NCBI RefSeq assembly: GCF_963676685.1
Contig: NC_092351.1
Coordinates: 34,534,001-34,598,000, forward strand
DNA from: Mytilus edulis
Lineage: Eukaryota
Length of the DNA stretch: 64,000 bases
Reading direction: 5' to 3'
Both the position numbers and the translations under genes were made by a program. Below are positions 37,201 to 47,328 of this stretch, in pieces (position 1 is the stretch's first letter; each line of letters begins with the position of its first letter). Below the pieces are notes generated by a model. It searched no databases. It was not told where the DNA came from and saw only the letters and a program-made list of their open reading frames with translations.

Positions 37201-39311
37201 CTAGAACATCAGGCATATTTCCTTCACATGAATACTTTGGCATGCTCAGTTGTGAATCAGTTGCTTTCTCATTGTCTGTGATGTTAACCTTGGCATCTCC
37301 CGAAGCATCAATAATAAAGTTATTTTCCACTTCATCTGGACATAGCAAAGATGTCCTTGCTTTGTGTTTCTTCAAATCAGTAGTACTATCATTATCTATG
37401 TCTTCTTTATTTTGATTCTTGTCTCCTCCCTTTGATCGTCTTTTCTTTGGAGCTTGCTTGGCTTCATCTAACAGTTGTTGCATGGTGGCATCATCCATCA
37501 TAGGTGTTGTATATTGCTGGATATCAGATTTGGCGGTAAGGTTGTTAGAATTAGGTTTCAAAATCAAAGGTGTTGTGAAGTTGCTTATGTCTGATTTAGT
37601 GCTATTTGAATTTTTGTTTGATTTGAATGTCATAGGAGTTGTGAACTGACTATTTTCAGGTTGAGATGTCGATTGAGCTGACCTTGTTCTTCTTGTTGAT
37701 ATGATCTCAGGTGATAATTTCTTTGCAGAAAGGTTTTTATTCTTTTTATCTTTTGGTGATTTTTTTGAAGATTTGATTTCATTTATAATATCAACTTTTT
37801 TGCCATCATCTTTTGAATTATTTTTGACTAGAACAGCTTTGATTCGATCATTGTCTTTTTCAGATTCTTGCACTTCTTCTTTAACCACCAAATGTGTTGC
37901 AACTGACATTGGGTCATCACTTTCAATGCAAATAGAAAAGTTGTCAATATCATCAAAATTACAACTGTTTCTCCTTATAAGTGTACTGTCTTCTTCAGAG
38001 GAGAATCCTTGTGAGCTTACAGGAGAACTATTTACTTCAGACAACATTGAAGCTGTGGTGGTTTTTGATGGAGAAAAACTTACTTTAGTCTTCTTTTTTG
38101 ACGGTGGTGTGGTCTCTTCATATCTAGAAATAAAAAGGAAAGCATTAAACACGAAAAATGTACTGAAAAATTATTTCCAATCACAAAACCTTTAATATGC
38201 TTAATCAATGAATTTATGTTTTCCTTTCATGCAAATTTAACTTTTTTTTAATCTGCTAAGTCTATATTTTAAAAGTTTATGGTAACTTTAAGTACTGTTA
38301 TTATGCCCTTTTTTTAGAAGTGCCATGCAAAAAAACGATATTTTCATCTTTCCTATTGCATATTTTACATACTGTGTGTTACAATAAAGTGTACTTTTAT
38401 TATTGAAACTTATCTTTCTAAAGGGAGATAATTCAAATTTAAGTACAATTTAACAAAACCGATCACATTTGTCAAAATTGATTAACTACCTCAGAGATAT
38501 ATGTCTCTGCCTACCTCCATTAGAATTACTTATCTAAACACATATATTTACACAGTGTAAAAACATATTTAAAATTTAAACAAGTCAATTAATAATTTTT
38601 AGAATAAACTTTTTAAGTTTTACTTGTCACGCTTATCTTAAATATTTCATACAAAAAGAAAACTTTTATGTTTGTAAACTTATTGTGACAAGTAAAGTAG
38701 AAAACTACATGTAAGCATTGGTGAATAATATACAATTTCTGAAATTAATACCCTATATTTTCTGTTTGTTTCAATATTCCTGGCTGTTTATTAGGAGTTT
38801 CATCTATGATCTCAGGAATAACATTATCTGGTTGATATTTGGTTTTGGTGTAATCCTTTGTTGCTGGAATTGGAGAGGTTTCTGTCAACCAATTTGGAGA
38901 GGATGTGATGTTCTGACTATCAAAGTCACTCTTGTATACCGGAGATGTTACTTCTGTTTTTTGGTCTGTCCAAATGCTACATTTGCTTCGTCTGTCTCTT
39001 GAAGAATTGCTTCCCATTCTTTTGGTTTGTTTGGCAAATGGAGAAGACTTGGTTGGTGTTTTAGTTAAAACAGTCTTACTAAAATTCTGTCTTTCATCCG
39101 CTGACATATTTTTCCACAGTTCTCGAACTTTTGAGTTTATTTGAGATTTTGTTAAAAACGGATACAATGATTTCATATGAACAGTTTCTTTTTGTTGAAA
39201 CAGTTTAAAGCTAACTTTCTGTGCTCTGTACAAAGGAACTGCACCTGAATCTGTTGACACAGGGAGGTTGTTACCTTGGAGATAGTCTGACAATCGTCTC
39301 TTCATTGCCAT
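34217..39311 (-). CDS. Uncharacterised HMG-box-like protein with a long S/T-P-rich disordered region, 5 coding exons, about 802 aa
   Basis: Exons 39311-38752, 38123-36923, 36190-35708, 35052-34967, 34295-34217(TAG), phases 2,0,0,2 compatible. HMG-like segment SFKLFQQKETVHMKSLYPFLTKSQINSKVRELWKNMSADERQNF. An acceptor at 39339-40 implies an upstream non-coding exon. Confidence 0.78.
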
Positions 39312-39607
39312 GGTTTTGAATAGTTTGTTTTTTTAAATCTGGAAATATAAAAACGTATTTAAGTAAGTATTTAAAGTAAAGAGTCCAATTTGGTTCAAAT
39401 TTCAACAAAAGTGCAACAATGAACATGACAGCATTTAGATATATCAGTTTGACAACATTTTTGAGGCCCTGTCCCTTGGCCATGGCCCACTGACTGATCT
39501 AAATAGCCATTTTCAATGTTAAGTGTTCTTCTTTAAGTTAGTTTGATGTGAACTACTAGTAATATATCAATCATCTTTTGTGTGAAGTGGCATTACTATC
39601 ACTGCCG

Positions 39608-41714
39608 CCCGTACGAAAAACATGACACGTACTCCAGCTGGACAGCAGCCGTACTGAGAACCGTACTTATAATAATCATTTGGACTTTTCTTTGAATGTC
39701 TTATAATGGATAACCCGGCTGGACTTTCAGCGAAATTAGCCGTAAACCGGCTCGAAATATTTAAATTAGCAGGAGTCCGGTTCAGAAAGTCCAGCTGGAC
39801 TTTCATAAAAGTACGTCTGAAAAAATCCAGCCGGCATTTCTGGCAAAAATATGGCCTCTATAAAGTTCAGCTGAACTCATAAAAGTTCAGCTGGACTTCA
39901 AAAAGTTAAGTTTGACCTTTAAAGATGATCTCAGCAGGGGCTGATCCACAAAAAATTAGGCGGGGAGGGGGTTCCACCCCCGCAGAACCCTCCCTCTTGA
40001 TTACTTCTGCTTAGTTTTTCTTTAGATGGTGGATTCTTCTGATTTGATATGCATCCCTTGTTATAATCTGAAAATTAAAAAAAAAACAGATGGCATTATG
40101 CATATACGTACTGCTTATTTCTTTTTCTTTTTTCTACTGTCTTGCTGGCAAAATCAAGAAATGGGGAATTGTGAAGCTAAATGCTTACTCCTAAAAGTGT
40201 GTGGTTATAATTATCATGATTATATATTAAGACTGAATAAATTTAAAGTGCATAAAATAAAGTAAAGCTTTGAAAATCACTCAAACTGAAATATTTTGCA
40301 TAATTAAGTATTTAATGTAGTTTTTTTAATTCTTTTTACTCTTCAAAAATAAAAATTAAGCTAATATATATTTATAATGTTGTACTCATTTCATTACTAT
40401 GTTGAAGAAAAAAGAGCATATCAGATTGTACTTACCAGAATATGCAATCCAAAATACATGCAAACAGCAATCTTCCTAAATTGAAATTGATGCCAGTCAG
40501 AAGGATCCATCTTCTCTAATATAATGTGAAAAGAACAAACATTTGCTTTACATCCAATGTAAATTTCTCATTTTGTTTAAGAAAGAAGACACATCTTCCT
40601 GTTTATTCCAAATTCAAATTTTGTTGTATTAATGCAATACATGAGGTTGTTTAAGGAGCTGTGAAAAAATTTCTTCTTATGACTTCTTGCATATGTCTTA
40701 ATTTTGAATATGTGATATATTAAAAACAAGAAAATCAATTATTAATTTGTTCAATTAAGAAATGTTTAATAAAAGTGATAGTTATTGCAGATATATATTT
40801 AGAAATGTGTTATCCTTCAAATGGCCCCATGATCAACCTCTGTGTAGATGCTACTTCCTGTGACCTGTCCAGACTGAGGTTAATTGAAAACAGATGGCAC
40901 TCTCTACAAGACTATAATACTGCTATTAAATCACTGTTATGGCTCAAGTTTCTAATTGATATTAATTTAAAGAATGATGATAATTATTTATTTTATGCAT
41001 TCATCTAATTAAATATAAATATACTAGAAAATGTATAAATTTAACCTATTAATAGATGTAATTTTGCTAGGGGTTTTATTTCATGAAAAAGTAAAAATGT
41101 TAAATAATTGTTGAAAACATATTAACTGGGATATAATACTATCAAAATTATATCACCTACTACGTAGTATATTAAATTTAAATTTTCATTTTACAGTCTA
41201 TTTTAAATATTTTATAATGGAATTGAAAATTTCAGGGGAAAAGATCACATCTGATAGTTTGATCTTAAAGTATATTGTAAAAAAATATGATATCGTTATT
41301 ATAACTTGCAAATTTGCATTTATAACTCTTTTCCATTTTGAAAGAAATTGTTCCTTTCAAAGATCAGAATCCTAGTGACAAACTTTATTTCTGTAAGGGC
41401 AGATTTGGCTGATGAAAATATTGTAAGTCTTAATTCCTGCTCATAAATGACTGTAAAATTTTCTAAGACAAAAATCCTGCTGATCATTCTACAGAAAGAA
41501 TAATTTCCCTCAAAAGTCCAGCCGTTTTATTTTCTTGTCAGAATTACAAAAAGTGTGGTTGGACTTTTAAGAAAATACCGGCTGGCAAATAACCGAAGTA
41601 TAAGAAAAAGTACGTGTACGGCTCAAGTCAGACTGGACTTTTCAAAGTCAGACTGGAATACGTCTCAAGTCCAGCTGAAGTCCAGTTGAACTCCTGTTGA
41701 AATTTTCGTACGGG
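39608..41714. mobile_element. Non-autonomous EnSpm/CACTA(CMC)-like element
   Basis: CG|CCCGTACGAAAA ... TTTTCGTACGGG|CG (2-bp TSD); many subterminal (T)CCAGCTGGAC-type repeats at both ends. Confidence 0.78.
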
Positions 41715-42183
41715 CGTACAGATCAGTTTGATAACTATTTTAAGGCCCTTTCACCTAGGTCATGGTCCTGTGACTTTCAATAAATTAACACTTTCAATGT
41801 CAAGTTTCATGATCGAGTTAGTTTGATAGGAACTACTTACAATAGACAATATTGTCCATAAAGTTACATTGCTGTTTGTACATCTAAGTGTGTCAACTGT
41901 TTCAGGGCCCTGAATTAATTAGATTGTCTTATAATGATTTTTTTTCCCGACAGGTGAGACATATCTCTTTGTCGACAGTTGATTTAATTCAGGCTGCCAT
42001 AAGTTGTATTTACATTTATTTTCTTGGAGTTGGTTGTTTGTTTGACTTTGATTTGTTTGTACGTTCAATATTTTTTAGTTTTCTTTTATCATTGTTATGG
42101 CTTATGCAAAGAAAATCATTTTTCTACCAGATAATGGCCACAAACAACGAACTGATGATACTGGATACCTTATCTGTGCATCA

Positions 42184-42634
42184 GGTCCAAGACCACAATT
42201 ATTTCGTAGTGCATTTCTTTTAGACAATAAATGCAAATTAAAAAAATCCTACCAGCGCTTTCTCAATAAAACTTTACAGTGTGCTGTACTACTTTTGGGA
42301 CAAATTATATCAAAATTATAGAAAACTTCTTCGGCTCTAACTCAAAATATGGACAATTTTATGTTAAGGGGGTCTTGAAATCTTTTGACAGCTTACGAAG
42401 TGCTCATTTTTAACCTTTTTCAACTGGGCCAAATCACTTCTTTACTTTAAAAATTCATTACCCAAATTTTTTGACAGTGTCATTTCATCCCTTGACTTAC
42501 TATTTGAGGCATAAAACATGGAGAAATACATTTGGAAGGGGTATAAAAAAAATTGGCAAGTAACACACTGTCCACACTAGGGACTACATTCGTGGACAAC
42601 AAAAATCAAGGGACGACAATTGTGGTCTCGGACC
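42184..42634. mobile_element. MITE with 4-bp TSD
   Basis: ATCA|GGTCCAAGACCACAATT ... AATTGTGGTCTCGGACC|ATCA. Confidence 0.78.
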
Positions 42635-43070
42635 ATCAAAGGACATATATATATATTAGTTAGGAATCCTTGGTTCAATGATTTAAGTCAAATAACTTAT
42701 TTTGACGACTGCATTATTTAATATTAAATTCCATATTAACTATTGTCTACTGACTTCTGTAAGACTGAGAGACTGTATTGTCATTGACAATGAGTTGGTG
42801 TGCATGATCACTTGTAAAAAAAAAAAGGCTCTTTGATACTATAGTATAGACACATTGAACCAGTTGGGAGTTTAGCTGATTTGTCTCTGAATGACCACAG
42901 CCATAGGCTGATCCAGGGGGACCTAGGACCTCCTCTATGAGTGGGTCTCATTTGGATCTAAGCGGAATTGCCGATTTTTTGTAAGCGTGACATGGAAAAG
43001 TCAAATTATTGTGTTGTGAAAACGGGAAATGAGGTCTAGCTGGACCTGGGAAATGACCATAAATTGAGAA

Positions 43071-45029
43071 TTGCTTACGTACATAGTGTACCGAGAAGCT
43101 AGATGCATGGTGAACAATTACAAAAGTCCTTGGTTTCAAACCAGTATTGGTCTGCCACAAGGATCTGTTATCTCCCCAATCATGTTTAATATTTTTATAA
43201 AAGATATTTTTAAATCCGTGTCTGCAGACTGCTGTAAGTTTGCAGATGATGCAACTATTTGGCACTCACATTCAGATCCAAAAGTTATACAAGAAAAATT
43301 GCAAAAAGATCTCAATCAAGTACAAAAATGGAGCAATGATTGGAGAATGAAACTTAGCATTCAAAAAACAGAGTACAGTATTTTCAGTAAAGAAAAAAAT
43401 AAAGTCCAAAATATCAAACTAAAGCTTGGAAACACAATTCTAAAATACAACCCTAATCCAGTTATACTTGGATTAAAACTAGATGAACAACTAAATTTCA
43501 ATAGTCACATAGAATCTACAGTAAAGAAAGCCAAAAGATCTTTAGGAATTATAAGAGAAATCAAGGGAATAGCATTAATATCAACAAAGACACTCATTCA
43601 AATATATGACAGCTTAGTATGTTCAATTTTTAATTATGCTAGTAGTATTTGGCAATCCAGCACTTCAAGTCATCTAGACAAATTAAATGAAATACAAAGA
43701 AAAGGGTTAGCATTGTGTTTAGATCTACCATCCCAATCATCCCTTGAAGCATTAGAAGTACTTAGTGGAACATTACCAATAGATTTAAGAAGAGAGGAAA
43801 TGGCCATCAGAGAGTTAGGAAAAATTAATTCTTATAGTAATAATGTCCCAATTAAAAGAAAATTTGAAATTTGGAAAGAGGAGAAAAATCCAGAAAAATT
43901 TATATCACCACTAGGAAAAATGTACCAACAAACTGAAGATATGAAAGATACAGAATTGGTTGATATAGACAAGATAGAACCGCAGTATGAATACCAAGGT
44001 CTAGTATCAGTCATTAGAGCCCCTGACTACTGGCGTAACATAGGCAGCTCAAAATCCAGAACAACAGCCCAAATAGAGGAAGGAAAACAAATCATCTCGG
44101 AACAACTCCAATCTCAAACACCAAACACAGCAGTTGCTTTTACAGATGGGTCATGTTTAGGAAATCCAGGCCCCTGCGGTGCAGGAGCTATAATTTACAT
44201 TAATGATAAAGAAGAAAAATTAAAAAGACCTGTCTCTAACAAAGGATCAATCTTGCTAGCTGAACTTATAGCAATAAAAATGGTTCTGGATTACATAGAA
44301 TCTTTTTCAAAAGAGCAAATTAATACTTTAACTTTATTTTCGGACAGTCAGACAGCATTAGGTATCTTAACTCTCAATTGGGAAAGTGACAGCTATCATC
44401 AAACCATTAACGAAATCAAAGGGAAAATAAAAAATTTAAACGAACATGGATTTTTAATAAACTTAAACTGGACACCAGGACATGCCAACATAAAAGGAAA
44501 TGACGAGGCAGACTCCTTGGCAAAAGAAGCTGCTAAAGAAGCAGAAACACTAGCCGTTGATGATATAGTGTTTACAAAACAAGATGTAAAAAAAGCAGCC
44601 AGAAATTCTGTTACAAAAAAATGGCAACGCAGATGGGAAAATAGTGATAGTGGACGTCACTATTTCAGATTTCATCCTGAAGTTAAAGATAAAGTTAAAA
44701 AAGACTTCCCGTCAAAAAAAATGTACAACATAATCAACAGTTTACGAACAGGTTATTCTAAATTAAATGCATACCAATTTATAATAAACCAGCACATCAA
44801 CACGGAAACCTGTCATCACTGCAAACAAAAAGAAAATGTACAACACTACCTTTTTGAATGTGACCTGTATTCAGATGCCAGAGACAAATTATTTCATCAA
44901 ATATACTTCATAACAGGACAAATTCCTACAGATCTAGACAATTTATTAACAATCAATTTGCCAAATGCAGAAAATATCAATCAACTATTAGCGGAGTACA
45001 TAGAGGAAACAAACCGTTTTAGTGGATAA
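43071..45029 (+). CDS. LINE ORF2 fragment: reverse transcriptase, RNase H and zinc knuckle
   Basis: GLPQGSVISP, KFADD, FTDGS, AELIAI, FSDSQ, WTPGHANIKGNDEADSLAK, CHHC..HYLFEC. Uninterrupted, but lacks the endonuclease and a true start codon. Confidence 0.9.
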   Translation: MLTYIVYREARCMVNNYKSPWFQTSIGLPQGSVISPIMFNIFIKDIFKSVSADCCKFADDATIWHSHSDPKVIQEKLQKDLNQVQKWSNDWRMKLSIQKTEYSIFSKEKNKVQNIKLKLGNTILKYNPNPVILGLKLDEQLNFNSHIESTVKKAKRSLGIIREIKGIALISTKTLIQIYDSLVCSIFNYASSIWQSSTSSHLDKLNEIQRKGLALCLDLPSQSSLEALEVLSGTLPIDLRREEMAIRELGKINSYSNNVPIKRKFEIWKEEKNPEKFISPLGKMYQQTEDMKDTELVDIDKIEPQYEYQGLVSVIRAPDYWRNIGSSKSRTTAQIEEGKQIISEQLQSQTPNTAVAFTDGSCLGNPGPCGAGAIIYINDKEEKLKRPVSNKGSILLAELIAIKMVLDYIESFSKEQINTLTLFSDSQTALGILTLNWESDSYHQTINEIKGKIKNLNEHGFLINLNWTPGHANIKGNDEADSLAKEAAKEAETLAVDDIVFTKQDVKKAARNSVTKKWQRRWENSDSGRHYFRFHPEVKDKVKKDFPSKKMYNIINSLRTGYSKLNAYQFIINQHINTETCHHCKQKENVQHYLFECDLYSDARDKLFHQIYFITGQIPTDLDNLLTINLPNAENINQLLAEYIEETNRFSG

Positions 45030-46716
45030 TTTGATACAAATTTCTTTAAATTTTTTATATTTTTAATTTTTCATGCCATTTCAATAACCTAAGGCCACAC
45101 CAATTTGATTCCTTGTTCGACGGACCCGCCCGCACCTATTTTTTTCAAAACAGAATTTTTTTATTTTTTTTATATTCCCGCTTCCCGCATCCGGAAATGT
45201 AATCATGTCCATTTCCCGCACCGTTTTTTTTTGTAAATATTATGAAAAGATATCAAAATTTGTTTTTAAAATCACAGTCTAACCTGCATATAACGATTTT
45301 AAACATAAAAGCACCCCACCACACTTTGTAAATATCTGTGAGAATATTTGTTTCAGCATAAAACCTATTTATCCAAAGCGGGAGTGCTCCGATATAAATT
45401 TATAACAGCGAAAACCTGTAAAGAACAAAATATTGGTTACTTTCCCCCTTGCTTATATTCCCTATCTAAAAATGTTCGTTGTTAGAATAAAGTACAAAGA
45501 ACTTCTGAAGGATTTGCCTTCAACTGCAGTTATATTGTATGCTGGCGAAACAAAACTATCCATAGCCGCTGCATGCTTATGCACCTGTCCTGATTGATTG
45601 AGGGGCCTGTCGTTCAGCAGTTATCGTTTGTTGATGTTGTTCATTGGTATTTTCCCGTTTGGATATACATGATATATAAATTAGATCGTTTGTTTTCCTG
45701 TTCGAATTGTGTACGCTAATGATTTTGGGATCCTTTATAGCCTGCTGTTTGGTCTGTATCAAAGCCTTGTGTAAAAGGCCGTACTTTGACCTGTGTTTGT
45801 TATTATCAGGTTGAGAATAACCCTCCCTCAGACAAGGGGTCATTTTATTGATGTAGAAAAGAAAATAGAAATACCAAGAATTTGTATAGTTCTTCTATAC
45901 AAAACCTTTGAAAACTTAGAATGTTGTACTCAAAAAGAGAAGAGATACATCATATTTTAGACAACTTTTTCTAAAAGAGGGGTCCACTTATTTTGAATAA
46001 TATTAAACTTAAAAGTAAATTGTGTTAACATGGTTAAAGTCCAGGAATATTACAAAATTCTTGGACATGTTTTGACCATTTAATATCAGATAGATATATA
46101 GTTCTTTGAGAAAATATGAGCCCTTTTGTACAAACAAATCTATTATAACTTATATTGATCCCTCATAAAACATGTAAAAGGGATATTTATAACATTAAGG
46201 GTTGTCCCCAAACTGATTATGACTTGGATGGAGAATTGTCTCATTGTCAGTCACACATACATAGACCAGATTCAATTATTTCTTGGTGAACAGGGAAAAA
46301 CTACTTCAGAAATTAAAGAAATGTCAAAGTACAAGTGATAAATCAAGCTTTAATATTGTCAAAACCTACTATTTTATGTTTACAAAAAAAAAAATAATCG
46401 CTCGCCTTTACTTTTCAAGCTTCGCCTCAAAAATTTGCAAATTAAATATTTTTTTATTAAAATTTTCATATCGCTCGCTCGCCCCAAATTTTGGAGTCCA
46501 AAAATCCGTAGAACAAGAAATTAAATTGGTGTGGCCTAATAAACCATTTTTTAAATTTATTTCACTTCATACAATAATTCTATAATATTTTTAAAGCGCC
46601 ACCTACAATATATAAGTACAAAGGAGAAACTACATTTGTGATAATTATTTTACAAGAGAGGATAATTTACAAGAGAGTTTACTCTGTCATCACGACAAAG
46701 ATTGAAGATTGAAGAT
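43091..46716 (+). mobile_element. 5'-truncated non-LTR retrotransposon with RNase H (I-group: Nimb/Ingi-like)
   Basis: ORF to 45029 contains RT, RNase H and a C-terminal CCHC. The 3' UTR is interrupted by a MITE and ends in an (AAGATTG)n tail at about 46698-46716. Confidence 0.85.
45093..46536. mobile_element. PIF/Harbinger-type non-autonomous element
   Basis: TAA|GGCCACACCAATTT ... AAATTGGTGTGGCC|TAA. Confidence 0.82.
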
Positions 46717-47254
46717 AAGCCGGATACGGGAATCTGACAAAACAGTAAGCGGGATCCTGGATCAGAATCCCCCAATGAGACCCCCCCTATGAGGGAAAAA
46801 TTTGGTTGATTTAAAATATATATATATATATAGGGAATCACTGAAGCATGATTGGAGCACCCCATCTTAGGGTGACCAGTCCCCTCCCCTCCAATTAAAT
46901 TTCTGGATACTACACTGATGACCTTTTATTTGTCACTACATAACCTCTGATGTCAACTTTGTCATGCAACTTTCTAAATTCTTTAAAAAAAAAGTAAAAC
47001 TAAAAGTAAAATTTATGTCATCAAATCTTTTTAAATTGTCATGCAAGATCATGCAATTTCTGGCAATTTTTGCTAGTGTAAAAGGGCAAAAATTGTGTTT
47101 GAATAACTTACAACAATCTATTTAATCATTTCCATTATTTTGAATCAGTGTATTTGTGTGTTTTCAAAGACATTAAAATTAATGTGATCATATTTGCCGC
47201 CATTGAAAGTTTTCTTGCAGGTCAAGGACAAGTGCGTGATCAGACGAGACATAA

Positions 47255-47285
47255 ACGTGACGTAAGTAGTTGCTATCAAACAACA
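47255..47285 (+). promoter_or_regulatory. Candidate CFAP97 promoter motifs (CRE-like and RFX X-box-like)
   Basis: GTGACGTAA followed by GTTGCTATCAAACAAC, about 50-70 bp upstream of the ATG of a ciliary gene. Motif resemblance only. Confidence 0.35.
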
Positions 47286-47328
47286 GTATGGTTGATATGA
47301 AGTGAAGGGGAAAAAAGGTTTGTAAATC

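Larger units (their letters stand above)
42941..46786. mobile_element. MITE (about 220 bp) split by the LINE insertion, 6-bp TSD
   Basis: CTATGA|GTGGGTCTCATT ... AATGAGACCCCCC|CTATGA; halves at 42941-43090 and 46717-46786. Confidence 0.68.

Noticed and set aside
37005-38195. Plus-strand ORFs 37005, 37419 and 37701
   Set aside because: Antisense shadows of the large exon of the HMG-box gene.
43071-43090. Start codon of the 652-aa ORF
   Set aside because: The TTG and first residues come from the flanking MITE; the LINE is 5'-truncated within RT.
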